A DNA stretch of 64,000 bases. Origin: Eledone cirrhosa (taxonomy: Eukaryota). Positions 14,231 to 28,889 of the stretch are shown piece by piece (positions within the stretch are counted from its first letter, which is position 1; each line of letters starts with the position of its first letter). The translations under genes and the position numbers were made by a program. The stretch lies in contig OZ024740.1 of assembly GCA_964016885.1 (NCBI GenBank), positions 177,816,001 through 177,880,000 of the forward strand. The letters run 5' to 3'. The notes below the pieces were generated by a model. It worked only from the letters and a program-made list of their open reading frames with translations. It was not told where the DNA came from and did not search any database.

Positions 14231-15079
14231 ACTTTGTCAGGTTTTGTTTTTTGTCCTGCAGGATGTCCAAAGTCACCCTCCTCACCAAGTAAACTTGGTG
14301 GGGTTGCCGGTTTAGTCGCCGACGACCCGACCATGCGACAGGTTGTACTGGGTTACATGTTACCAATAGCACTCAAGAGTGACCCGACATACATACATAC
14401 ATACATACATACATACATACATACATACATACATACATACATACATACATACATACATACATACATACATGGTGGCTGCCAACTCGTTTTCAAGTACGGC
14501 CACTACTTTATATCCATGTAGGAGAACCCCTACCGATGCGCTGAACGAGTGTGACTTTTTAGTCCAGCCAGTGACTTGAAAACTCTGGTACAAACACTAC
14601 ACCTGTGACAATTATTGACACATAGTGCTGGGCCCATGGTACCATGTGACGACAAGTGCAGAGAGATCTCCAGATATAAAGCAATGCCTGTGCCGTGAAG
14701 CTTTTATAGTGAGCAAAGGCACTGCACAAAGCCAGTCCCACTCTCTTAACCAAGATTATATTTACCAAAAAGAAGAACAAGTCAACATCATTGGATACCA
14801 TCAGGGTTGCAGGTGTTATATCAGAGTTTTCCTTCTCCTAGAATTCTGCCTTGACAAAGACTAAGGGGTCATCTCTCCCGGTGATTTTGGATGGCCATTG
14901 ACTCTTAAGAGCTCCTTTACCCTTTGACAGGTTTTGTTTTTAGTCCTGCAGGATGTCCAAAGTCACCCTCCTCACCAAGAAATCTTGATGGGGTTGCCAG
15001 TTTAGTCACCAACGACCCGACCATGAGACAGGTTGTACTGGGATACATGTTACCAGTAGCACCAACTGGTGACCTGACA
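14231..15079. mobile_element. two copies of an unassigned interspersed element end embedded in (ACAT)n
   Basis: 14231-14388 is closely similar to 14922-15079 (caggttttgtttt..gtcctgcaggatgtccaaagtcaccctcctcaccaag...gtgacc.gac); both are followed by (ACAT)n. Confidence 0.6.
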
Positions 15080-15162
15080 CATACATACATACATACATAC
15101 ATACATTCATACACACATACATACATACATACATACATACATACTTACACACATACATACAT

Positions 15163-17989
15163 AGAATTGAGATCACCCTCAAACAAGATTTGAGAGCTGT
15201 TAGCGAAAAACGCCGATACCTGAAGAAGGTAGATGAGAGAAAAGTGCTTAATAAAAGATTCAGACGAAACCAAACATCAATCTATAGAGATATGAAGAAC
15301 AAAGTAATAAGTGTCACTGAGGCCCCATCCCAGAAAGACATAGATTCCTTTTGGAGCAAAATATGGGATGAAAAGAAGAATTTCAACCAAGATGCAGTGT
15401 GACTAAGAGAAATCCGAAAGAACTATTGCTCCTACACTACGACAAAAACATACGAAATAAGTGAGAGTACCCTTGAGACTGTGATAGGAAAACTCCAAGA
15501 TAAGAAAACACCAGGAAGAGACATGATTGTCGGCTACTGGTACAAAAAACTGATATTCTATCGGAGGTATCTTACTGACCTCTACCAACAAGTTCTTAAG
15601 GGAGATACACTTATACCAGAATGGTTGACATTAGCACAAACATTACAGATCCCTAAGAACAAAGACACCCACTTGGCAAAAAACTACCGATCCATTGCAT
15701 GCCAGAACCTGATGTATAAGATGTATACAGCCTGCCTGAACCTATTCCTCCAAGATCACTGTGAAAATAATAACATCATCACAGATGAACAAGCAGCTAG
15801 AAAGAAAGGGGTTTGGGGATGTGCTGAACAACTCCTAATAAACAAAACTGCGATGTCGGAGGTGCGACAACTTAGGAGGAATATGGCTACAGTCTGGCTG
15901 GACTACAGGAAAGCTTTCGATTCTGTTCCCCACTCTTGAATGATGCAGGCCCTCTAACTTGCTAAAGTCCCAGACATTATTGTCAGAGCGATAGAGAGGC
16001 TATCTTCTTCTTGGGCTACTATCCTAAGGTTAAAGACAGAGAGGGAGGACTCTATTTTCACTGATAAAATAAATTATCGCATGGGTATATTTCAGGGAGA
16101 CAGTCTCTCTGTGATATTATTCATCTTGTCATTAAACCCCTTGTCCTTTCTGCTCAAGAAATGTGAGGGATACATCATTGGCTCACAGGAAGACAGAAAT
16201 ACGAACCTAACCAATAATTTCTTTGTGGACGATCTGAAACTCTATGACAAGGACATGGATGGGATGAAGAAAAATCTTGACCTGGTTACAACGTTCTCAA
16301 ATGATATAGGAATGGAGTTTGGCCAAGATAAATGCTCATACATGACTGTAAAGCGGGGAAAAACAACAACCCAATCTAGCAACATTGTCATCAATGGCCT
16401 AACTGTTTCACCGATATCTGACGAGGACTGCTACAGATACCTGGGGATAGATGAGAACATATCCTATAATGGTATCTGTAATAAGGAACGCGTAACCAGG
16501 GAATACTACACCCGAATAAGAAAGATTTGGTCATCGGAACTCTCTGCGCAAAACAAAACAATGGCTCACAATGTGTTTGCTGTGCCTGTCCTAACACCAA
16601 CGTTTGGAATACTCAATTGGACGATAGACGAAATCCGAGCAGTTGATGTTGGAACTCTAAAAATACTAAACAACACCGGAAACTTCCACATCAACAGTGA
16701 TATAGACCGCCTTTACTTGAAACGTAAGCAGGGAGGCAGAGGCCTAACATCAGTCCAGGCAGCATTTGAATGTCGCATCATATCCCTCCGACAACATCTA
16801 CGAACCTCGAAGCGTAGGAGCCTGTCGCTCGAGCAAGTCTATCTGCATGAAACAGATAAGATCATGATAGTAGGGAAGGAACTCCTCGAGAGATGTTCCC
16901 TGTATGATAATCAAAAACTCACACCCAGGGAAGTCGCTCAGCAGTATCGCAGTGAATCCATGGATGAAAAACTGCATGCTTATCAGCAAAAAATCATGCA
17001 TGGATATGTTGCCAGGAAGTTCCAGAGTGAGAGTAATATAGATAAGGGAAGTAATCTATCTTTGACCAACAACCGCTATATTGGCTCCCACTTTGAAGGA
17101 TACGCTTTTGCAATCCAAGAACAGGAGATTAAAACGAAATACCTGATTCACAAGAGATAGGGATGCAGGCAAAACACCTAAATGTGATAACAAGTGCAGA
17201 CTCTGCAGAACTAACATCGAGGATATCACCCATGTCATCAGCAGCTGTCCAAAGATGTCATCGCGGTATTATCTACCTATGAGGCATGATGTAGTGGCCA
17301 AAACACTGTAAAATGCAGTTCGTAAAAAAGATAGCCCCGATAATAAACATTAAAAGCTACAACTATCTGGAAGACATCCACGTACATAATATGAAAGAGT
17401 ACTGGTGGAATGTTCCAGTAATTATGATATGGGACAGGGAGAAGAAAGCATGCACAGTAGTGGAAATTAGCTGCCCAGCAGATGCCAATATAATATCAAA
17501 GATTAGTGAAAAGGAGAATATTTATGCAGAACTGATGAGAAATCTGCAGATACTCCACCCTGATTACACCTTCAGATTTATGCCTGTGATTATTGGGGCA
17601 CTGGGGTATGTTAGTAACTGCCTCAATACAAATCTTGAAAAGCTAGGCTTCACAGGAACAGAAAGAACACAACTAGTTAGGAAATTACAAATACAATCCA
17701 TTAATGGAACAATAAAAATATGCAAAGAATTCCAAAATTCTGCATCTAATAACTATATATACACATGTACAGATACAAATCATATGCAAACGCACACATA
17801 TAACTCAAAACATCCACATCCACACATACATTAACATCCATACCTGCACACACATAAATGCATGTAGACATGCATACATATCTATTTAGTTGATGTTGTT
17901 TAAATTCAAATGTGAGAGTGTTGTGTCTATGTTAGAAACCGACTCTCTCTCTGTTGGTAAAAATTTATAAAATTATAAAACCAGAAGAA
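15163..17989 (+). mobile_element. R4/Dong-clade non-LTR retrotransposon (RT + zinc knuckle + restriction-like endonuclease), 5'-truncated and disrupted
   Basis: WLDYRKAFDSVPH, GIFQGDSLS, FFVDDLKLY, YRYLG, CRLC..EDITHVISSC..RHD, IWDREKK..VEISCPAD; several in-frame stops; flanked by (ACAT)n. Confidence 0.9.
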
Positions 17990-17994
17990 CATAC

Positions 17995-18025
<31 letters not shown>

Positions 18026-18231
18026 TGTATGTATGTATGTATGTATGTATGTATGTATGTATGTATGTATGTATGTATGTATTGCGGGTGTCTGTGAATA
18101 CATGTGTAATGTGTAAAGGGAATCTCATACTCCACTTATTAGCGATTCAGAGCTTTGTTGGTAAAACTGTGGATTTTATATTTATTATATAAAATATAAA
18201 GAAAAAAAATCAACCTATTTCAGAAAATGAC

Positions 18232-18273
<42 letters not shown>

Positions 18274-18384
18274 CGTGTGTGTATGTGTGTGTGTGTGCGT
18301 CTGTATGTGTGTCTGCTTATTACTTGTTTTAATTTTTCTTTTACCTGTGTATATACTCGTTCGTTTTGTTTGTTTTTGTAGTAT

Positions 18385-18451
<67 letters not shown>

Positions 18452-18454
<3 letters not shown>

Positions 18455-18551
18455 GGTGTCCCAAAAATGTATACACACTTTATTACCTGTACAGATAATA
18501 TTTATTAGAATGGTGTTTAAGTGAGTATACACATTGTGGGGGGACACCCTG
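18452..18551. mobile_element. Tc1/mariner-type MITE
   Basis: TA-CAGGGTGTCCC...GGGACACCCTG-TA; related halves at 50285-50370 and 50645-50730, degenerate copy at about 47008-47062. Confidence 0.8.
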
Positions 18552-18647
18552 TACATACATACATACATACATACATACATACATACATACATACCTACCT
18601 ACATACATACATACATACATACATACATACATACATACATACATACA

Positions 18648-18678
<31 letters not shown>

Positions 18679-19392
18679 GCAGGCGCGTGTGAGCGCACGA
18701 ATAAACATATAATTGTTTGCTATTTTTGTTGTTTGGTATGTTTCTGTTAGCCTTTTGTTACACCTTTTTTATGATTTTTATATTTATTTATTTATTTATT
18801 TATTTATTTATGTGTGTGAAAAGTGACGCTGACACGTGAAAGTCAATTATCAGTGAATAGATTTGAATACAGACAAAAACAGCCAAAAAACAAAAAAAAT
18901 ACTAAACGCACTCACTTTTTTTTCGTAAGTATATTTTTCGTTGTTTTCTTCGGAACGGTAAAAAGGACATGGAGTAATCGGGTGTATTCATCCACCAAGG
19001 TATGCCAGTCAGTACCACTGAGAAAGAAACACGAAATACTAAAATAAAATAAAGCAAAATAAATACAAAGATTTATTTATATGAGTGTTTATAAATATAT
19101 ATATGTAAATACATATACATTCATATTTGTTAACGGAGCCAGCGATAGAGATCCGCATATATATATATATGTGTGTGTAGGAGGTGAGTTTTATTGTAGT
19201 ACAATAAAGCAATGCAGATATCGGATAAGAAGCACTCTACAGTTTGTAGGACTGGAGTATACATAATATATAAGAACAAAAGATGGTTAAAAGAGTTCCA
19301 TGTATTTTATTATGCGCATTTCAAAATACATTTCAAAATACATTGAAATGCGCATAATAAAATACATGGAACTCTTTTAACCATCTTTTGTT

Positions 19393-19430
<38 letters not shown>

Positions 19431-20150
19431 GCATGTGTGTGTGTGTCTGTGTGTCTGTGTGCATGCATATATATATATACATTTATATATAGTATATGTG
19501 ATTGAGTGGATTACTGGTGGTGCTACCAAAATGACCACCCGATACTACTGATATGCGTATATATACATATTTTCGTGTGTGTGTGTGTGTGTGTGTTTTA
19601 TTCATGTGTCCGTGGGTGTGCGTGTTTTTGCCTTTTCTTTTAATTGGGGTGTTTATATAAGTATGCGCATGCGTGTGTTGGTACGGGTGTTTGTGAGGAG
19701 TGGTTTGGTGAGCTGGCAGGAACTGAGAACAATGACCGTTCAGTAAAGGGCTGTGGAGTTAAGTACTGTTCGGTATTTGTCTCATGCTTATATGACCCCA
19801 TCCAGGGTCAAAACATCTGTAATGACAATCATCACTTACTAACCTACAGTAGCAGCAACTTTTCTCTGACGTCACATAAATTCTGTGTAATTGTTATAAA
19901 TTAATGTTTTGTCTTTCATCTCTTACTCCATTGGCTAGCGTTTGGCTTGTGTCTAACGCTGTGAGCGCGGGTGTAATAGCAGTACCGTTGATAGGGGTCG
20001 AAACTGCTAAAGTCCATCCCAACGGCTAATGAACGGGAGTTCTGTCTTCCGTTTGTATTTTTTTTTAAACAATTATCTAAGATTCCCTTAAAAAATGTTT
20101 TGTTTGCTTTGTTTTATTCCGTTGTCTTGTCCTCTCTTAATTTTCCCTCG

Positions 20151-20255
<105 letters not shown>

Positions 20256-20679
20256 GAATGTATAAAAGGTAATGACCCCCTTGGGTCACGACTGATCATG
20301 GGATTTGCGCCTAGAAAGTTCCCCTTCTTGGCACAAGTCCGAGTAAGTTTGTTTGTGGAAGACCAAGGGAAAGGCAAAGGGTGATACAGCTTGGTACCAG
20401 TGACGTGCCAATTCATTTCTACAGCTGAGTGAGCAAGAATATCGTGAAATAAAGTGCTTTGCTCAAGAACAAAACGCAAAGCCCGGTCCGAGAATCGAAC
20501 TCACAACCTCACGATCGTAAGCCCAACACTATACACACACACATTATATATATATATAATTAATTTAATTTAATTTTAAAACATTCTAAATTTAATTACA
20601 TATTTATTTACATAAAATACAAAATCAACATCACTCGTAACTCATATTAGAACAACAACCTAAAACATGAACTACCTAT

Positions 20680-20710
<31 letters not shown>

Positions 20711-20759
20711 TCTACTTAAAACACAAAATCAACTTCCCTCGTAACTCATATTATAAACA

Positions 20760-22430
20760 ACTAATAATTGTAATAAACGTGGGATGTTTTCTACCTTAAT
20801 TCATTCATGTCCTGATATTTCGAGATTAATATCTCTTCTTCCGAGGAACGATAAAATAAAGCACAAGTAACGCACTGGGTCGATTTAATCGACTTTTCCC
20901 TCCCCTCAAATTATTGGCCTTGTGCCTATACTAGAAATCATTTGTATCTTTTTTTCCCCAACCTCTTTTGTTTTAAAAAATTAAGGTCTAAACATGTCAA
21001 GGGGGCACATAATTATTCCCCTTTAAATCTGCTTAGACACATGAATACATATACACGATTTCTCCCGGATGGATAATATGCTCGTAAGCAGGCCTATGTG
21101 TACCCCTATGTGTAGAGTCCAGTAGCCTTCTAAGTTATGTGTTGTGTGCCTAGTTCTATGTTAGGTATTGTATGCTTAGTTCTAGTCTATTATTGATTTG
21201 CGGGTGTGTTAAGATATGATTAATGCTTCCTTAATTCTGAGATTGCGTTAGTGCTAATGTGTTCCTTAATTCTGATGTGTAGGTCTCTGGTGGTCCTGCC
21301 TATATAGAAGTCATTACATTTATCACACTGGACTCTACACGACGTCTGCTTGAAGGCATATGTCTGTGTTATCGATGGAGCAGTTGGCCAGTGTGCAGCG
21401 GCTGTTGTGTTCATTAGGTTATCTCCTAGATGTCCGCGTAGTGAGGGCCCCGAGTGAGCTAGTTGTGAGTCTAACCCTTCTCTTCTGATGGCCCTGCGGG
21501 TGGCTGTTGTTGTGCCATCACTGAAATGTGGGAGCTTCAAGAAGCAGGTGTTGGTAGAGTTCGTGCTTCAAATGCGGTGTTTTCTATTTCTAACGCGGTT
21601 CACGGTGGATGTCGGGTAACCGTTTAGCTTAAGCACTTTCCAGAAGTGTGTGGTATGCGTGTCTCAGTCTCCTGTCGTGCTGCATTTATTCTGGATACCT
21701 GTCAGTTCATTCCTTATGTATCCGGACTTGGCACCAAGGATGGGGGGGGGGTTATAATGGCGAACAGGTCCCTGCTAGCAGCTTTTCTGTAGAAGCTGGT
21801 GTGGATGCCGCCTTCCGTTACCTTGAGTTGGAAGTCGGGCAGGGAGAGTGATCCAGTGTCATCGGGGTGTTCTTTGCTGAACCTTATGTTAACATCCATG
21901 CTGGAGAATGCCGTGTATATTTTGTCTGTTTCCCCACGGGATGGTGTAAGGATGAGTATGTCATCTACTTATCGGGTGAAGAAGGCACAGGAGTGGCAGG
22001 TTCTGAAGGCCCGACATTCCAGCGGGTTCATATAAGTGATGGCCAGCATAGGCTGGATCTCATAGGTAGTCCTGTTCTCTGTCTATATATGTGGTGGTGG
22101 AAGGCGAAGTAAGTATTATCCACCGTGATAGTGATAAGCTGGTGTAGGTGTATGTCTGGCCGGTGGAGGTCGTAACAGTAAATCTTCTCAGAGACTATGC
22201 AGTCAGTCAATCGGGTGATAGCTGGGTGAGCGGGGACTGTAGTGTAGAGGGAGACAACTTCGAGGCTAAAGGCGTATCTATTGAGACTAACTTGATCTGG
22301 TTGGAGTTGGTTGGAGTTTGGAATAGTTCCTTTATCTTCTTCGGAAAAAGAGATATTAATCTCAATCTATCAAGACATATGAATAAATTAAGATATAAAA
22401 AACAACCCACGTTTCTTACGACTTAATTAT
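20760..22430 (-). mobile_element. Penelope-like element (RT + GIY-YIG), 5'-truncated, with inverted pLTR
   Basis: YRQRTGLPMRSSL, R*VDDIL, C..CNDFYIGRTTRDLHIRIKEH; the 3' end 20760-20855 recurs inverted at 22331-22430. Confidence 0.85.
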
Positions 22431-22580
22431 TTCCAGTCCAATCCGCATTGTCGTGGCTTTCAAACTTCAAATTCTTTATACCATATACAATGCTTCAAGT
22501 AAACTACAAATTCCTTCGTATATATGTATATATATGTACACACACACACACACACACACACTCACACACACACACTCACA

Positions 22581-22656
<76 letters not shown>

Positions 22657-24299
22657 CAGAGATATCCACGGTAAGTTGTGGGGTCTCGTCTGCATGAATA
22701 ACTCAATGTAATCCATATGTTGAAAATGTTGTAGGTTAAAATAAATCCCGGAAAACAATAAAACATTAAAAGGAAAACAGAGTCATGATATAAGTTAAAA
22801 CAATGAAATAAAAAATCAAGTCATTAGAAATATACTTCACTGCTTTACGATCGTTTCTAGGTGATGATAATACATCGTAACTATACTTCGATATCGATCT
22901 ATGTAAGGTTAGTTACAAAATATCAGATAAATAGAATATTTACTTACATGCATATCACCAGCTGTTGTCAAAAGCATTGCTTTTGACAACAGCTGGTGAT
23001 ATTTTTATAATTAGGCGGTTTAGCTGTTATATGTAACAGGTGGAACAACCCCGTAGATATTGTATACAGCAAACATTTTTACAACAATATCTGATACAAA
23101 AGCATAACCATCATGATAGAATTTAGTGATGTTACCTTTGGTCTGTCACTAAGATTTATATGGTTCGATTCGCATGCCTGAGTTACTTTTCGTTCTATAG
23201 ATTTAGAACGTATACAATGACAAATTTAGCAAGCTAACTCTGATCTCGTATCTAAATCTATAGCTTATGAATACAATCTTGAACGGATGAATGACTTATT
23301 AAGGTTATTTGCTTTTATTATAAAGTGATTTACTCAGACGAATGTCCTCATTCTGCTCGTTTTAATCACGTTTCGGCCGTTATGCCTTCCGTCCTTCTAT
23401 TTCCATCTAATGTTTGGTCATATATTGAAATAGTTTGAGATTTAGAGAGCTGCAGATTTTCAATATCGTGTTAAAAAATATAAAGGTTTCACATGAATGC
23501 ATGTCGAAATATTCAAACATTTCAGCATTTTATTGTCTAAGGTTCCAAATGAGCCTGCATGACAGCAAGAATTACATGAGTCTGCGGTATCAAACATCCT
23601 CATTCACAAATATATCTCACCGCAACATTGATATAATAAGCTCCTCAGTGAACGTTCTGTTAAGATCATCTACTCCCGTGCCTCTAACGTGAATTCTTTT
23701 CATAACAGTTAAACCGAAATATCAAGAAAAATGTAGTTATTCATGCAGAAAAAATAAAGACTGTTCCTTGAACCAAGCGTGTAACATCACATCAGTTGTA
23801 AACAAGGCGAAAGTTACCTCAGACGCAACAAAACGTATAGAGGGCAGGAATTGCTACATTTGGTACAAATATGAGACCTTTCATGGCTCTAGCAAACATA
23901 TAATTATTGATATATAGTAATATATATATAAGACTTAAATGGAGGATCCTAGAAAATCTATACTCTAAATCAACGGATCCGAGCGATGCGGACCTTTCAC
24001 CATTGAAAAGACTGATACTTCAAGATTCGATTTTTTTTTATGAATACGTTCTCTCAAAACAGAGATTCTTTCATCATGTCCATAATTTAGGCCGCATCTA
24101 TATTATTCTTAGAAATAACATCCCCCAGACAACCGGAACTACTCAGATTGGCAACTTCCTTCTGGCCCTGTCAAATACACACACGATCTTCTTCAACTCT
24201 ATACCATGTTCCCTCCATATAGTCATAGAGTATATCGTAGTTCACTCTGCGGGATTCCACTATTCAAACATCTTTAATCTTAGAAGCAATCATCTGTGA

Positions 24300-24502
24300 G
24301 AAAAACCACAGACCCTCCATCTCAACTCACCTTTTGAAAAGCAGAAGAACTACGAAACCGGTAAAGGAACCAAATAAATATATATTTTTTTTTTTTAAAT
24401 AAGACTCCAGTTGCATTTTCGATTTCATCTCTTTTTCTTTATACTTTCACTCGTGTAGGACACCTCGGTTATTTTTCATTTTGTAAAAAAAACCTCACTT
24501 TC
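24300..24502 (+). mobile_element. PLE-type 3' terminus with decayed hammerhead, ending in (TA)n
   Basis: Near-identical copy at 27735-27932; related fold-backs at 13425-13840; cctt-TTGAAAA-gcag..ctac-GAAAC-CG-GTA-aagg. Confidence 0.6.
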
Positions 24503-24504
24503 TA

Positions 24505-24691
<187 letters not shown>

Positions 24692-24902
24692 TATAGGCTC
24701 TATTGATTTTTCCCTGGATTTCACAAAATTCTGTGAATAAATCTATGCCTTGATTTTTTTGAATTAAGTTTGAATTATTTTCCCACATCTTACGTTAATT
24801 ATTTTCCATTTTGACGTTATAGTCACTTATATATTATGAAATACTGTTGGCTTCACGCTCACAATAATTTCTATACTTTCATTTATATATATATACATAT
24901 AT

Positions 24903-25003
<101 letters not shown>

Positions 25004-25534
25004 TACATATATATATATGTACATTCATATATATATGTACATACATATATATAATGTATGTATGTATAGGGATTGTAACGTCCAGTTACTGTAGGTTTAC
25101 CAGAATGAGCACTCGGTGCGTAGTTTCCAGTAAGTATAGAGGTGTAGAACAAAGCAGAGTGTAATCTATTTATCTGAAACAGAGAATGTCTGTCTGTCTG
25201 TCTGACTCTCTAAAACTCGAGAACCACCCAACCGAATATTTTCTTTACACATGTAATACTTATGGTCCTGTGAGTGTTTTGAGAAAAAAATATTTCAAAT
25301 TTTCAATGCCCTAGGTACCGCATTAGGCGATTTAGCGATCTCTCTATATAATTCTTAGTCTTTCTTTTTTTTTAGATAGATACATAGATATAACGTTGCG
25401 CTCTTATAATTGCTTCTACTTTTAGCACAAGGACAGCAATTACTCAGTATATTACTGGTACTTTAATTTATCGACCGACCCCGTAAGGATAATATTTGTC
25501 TGTATGTCTGCATTACGACATTATGACGTCGTTA

Positions 25535-25576
<42 letters not shown>

Positions 25577-25609
25577 TATATAGTCTGTATATATATACTC
25601 TTATATATA

Positions 25610-27031
25610 CTTATTATGTAACAAGCTGTCTCATGATGTCACGACACTCGCACACAGAACAGTGTCGTCATTGAAATATATATCACAGCATTATTATTAA
25701 AGGACATGAACATCTGAAACTACTTCGCTTTTACTTATTCGATATTTACTCCGTCACGCCTATGTGGAAAAAGTACGTTGAGTGCTTGAATTGAATTGCA
25801 TCAATGTTTACCCTAAGAATTTAGCTCCAATTAGTTGAGCGCTCTATGATATAACCGATATGGTGGAGAAGAGAGGAACCAACCATGATCTACCGCTGGA
25901 AATTCCCTCTACCATGGGGATGGAAACCCCTGACACTGGACGGACATAATAGTAACTTTCGGCAGGATAAATACGCGGAAACAAAAACTGAGATAAACCC
26001 ATATTTTCCTGTACCAAATCGCTTTTGAACAGAAGCCCCCTCAATTCAATCTATACATTGACAAATTGACAATCATATGGATCATTTTCCATATATGTAC
26101 TCTGTGTTTTTGCATTTATTCATTATTGGTTCTTTTCTTTTCTTTTGTGTACTTTATATCTGTTTTTCTTTGGTTTTGTTCCATGTGATGGAAATTATGA
26201 CTGTGTACCAGATTGACTACTGCCTTGAATACTGTAGTTTACCCTCCGTTCTAATGTACGGCACTATCGTTCAATATGTGGATAGTGTAACTGTGACATT
26301 GGAACCCCTCTCAGAACTTCTTACTTAAACATCTCTCTCCATATTATTTACTCACTTCAATCTATATGTTTTTTTACTCACCTCAATCCGGATTCTCACT
26401 TGAAAATTTTTTTAATTTCTAATTGTTAATTTTTTAATTGTTTAATTTATAATTTCTGATTTTTGATTTAGGATTTTAATTTTTATTTCCAACTCTCACT
26501 CATAACTTCCAATGTAAAACCATGATACCTAGAATTAAGTATATTTTCTCTTGGGAGTTGATGGTCAGTCGTACTGTCCATGCTTGGTGAGAGGTAGTAT
26601 TGTGACCTGTAAAAACTAACACTCTCCCATCCCCTCTGGCTTTCGGCTGACTCCCACGGACGGGACGGGTAGCAGTAAACTATGGTACAGGCCTACATGG
26701 GTCATTGTTTGGCTGAGAGGGTGAACTGACAAAGCGAATTTCGTTGAAATCGGTGGTAGCTAATGGTCAACTTCCTTCGGACATGCGCCTGCGCAGACCG
26801 GTGGGGGTGAATTGGTACTCACAGGGGAACGGATGAAGAACCCAAAAGCACACACTTCGTCCGTTCCCATGTCGATTCAACTTGGATTGCCTCGGAAACA
26901 TAACCTTATTATGTAACAAGCTGTCTGATGATGTCACGATATTCGCACACAGAACAGTGTCGTCATTGAAATATATATCACAGCATTATTATTAAAGGAC
27001 TTGAACATCTGAAACTACTTCGCTTTTACTT

Positions 27032-27035
<4 letters not shown>
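25610..27035 (+). mobile_element. non-coding element bounded by 131-bp direct repeats containing hammerheads (PLE/retrozyme-like)
   Basis: 25610-25740 is closely similar to 26905-27035; the second copy is followed by (TA)n. Confidence 0.7.
26920..26984 (+). ncRNA. type I hammerhead ribozyme
   Basis: gctgt-CTGATGA-[stem II]-GAAA-TATAT-ATC-acagc; stem I gctgt/acagc; palindromic stem III. Confidence 0.65.
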
Positions 27036-27069
<34 letters not shown>

Positions 27070-27180
27070 GTAACGTTTTTCGAAATATTTACTTCTGCGT
27101 TCACAGATTGATATTTTTAGTTTCAGAAGATCCCGTTAAGGGTGAAAGCAGCGATTCTTTGCTTAGACTTTAATCTATTA

Positions 27181-27236
<56 letters not shown>

Positions 27237-27578
27237 TTTATTCGTGTACAGATATTTATGCATACACAATAACAAAATATAACGTATTTATTTCACGAGG
27301 CTCGATAAGGATAAATATATATCAAATATATAAGAACCTTAGAGCAACGCCAGGCAACGCCGGGTCATTCTGCTAGTAATAATAAAAATGACGATATGTT
27401 GTCTTCATTACGTTTATTCAGTAGTGAAGCACGTTTCGCTATTGATCAGCTCAGGGTTCGATCTGTATCGATCTAGCATGACTCTATAATCAAAAGCTCG
27501 TCGGACCTCTGTTGTGGTCATAAGAGAATGAACATCTTACCGCGTAGAAAAGTAACCATACACACACATACACACATT

Positions 27579-27716
<138 letters not shown>

Positions 27717-27962
27717 AAAAAAAGATGAAATAAAAAAACCACAGACCCTCCATCTCAACTCTACTTTTAAAAAGCAGAAAAACTGCGAAACCGGTAAAGG
27801 AACCAAATAAATATATATATATTTTTTTAAATAAGACTCCAGTTGCATTTTCGATTTCATCTTTTTTTCTTTATACTTTCACTCGTGTAGGACACCGGTT
27901 ATTTTTCAATTTGTAAAAAAACCTCACTTCATTATATATATATAGGTATAGATATATATATG

Positions 27963-28045
<83 letters not shown>

Positions 28046-28284
28046 ATATATATATGTATATATATGTGTGTGTATATATATATATGTACATGTATATATA
28101 TAGAGAGAGATAGAGAGATATATATATATATATATATAAACATATAAATACATACACACACATACACACACATACACACACTAATATATATATACATATA
28201 TATATACATATAAATACATACACACACACACACTCATATATATATACATATATATATAAACATATAAATACATATATGTACATA

Positions 28285-28353
<69 letters not shown>

Positions 28354-28828
28354 GGTGTGTATGTATATAAATCTCCCCACGGTAGCGACAGTAGACCAGT
28401 AGTCAAATACTAAGTAAATAAAACTATAAAAATATCCATAAATTAAAGTATAGCAAACAAACAAAATTTTAAACAAAAGAGATGAGAAATGTCTACCGCC
28501 CTACCCTACTCTTTCTCTCTCTCCCTCACACACATATATATACATATATATATTATTGTTGTTGTTGTTATGTTTTATGGTTAGCAACGGAGCGCGTGTC
28601 CCATTTCGAAAGTGTGTCTCGAATTTTCCCACGTGTTTCACTGAAGTAAACGTAAGTGTTTGCAAATTATTAGACAAAAGATAGACTAATAAAAAGATAA
28701 AAAAGATAGTAAGTAGGAAAAGAGGTTGAAGAGAGAGAGATAAGGAGAGTGAGAGCATCAAACGCTTTTACTGAAACAAGTGTTTGAGGCATTGTTAAAC
28801 ACACGCACACACACACACACATATATAT

Positions 28829-28863
<35 letters not shown>

Positions 28864-28889
28864 GGAGGTGAGTTTTATTGTAGTACAAT

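Larger units (their letters stand above)
25165..27376 (+). mobile_element. non-autonomous Helitron carrying nested insertions
   Basis: A|TC at 25165; subterminal caggcaacgccgggtc followed by CTAG|T at 27373-27376; both ends resemble the Helitron at 42.9-45.65 kb. Confidence 0.75.
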
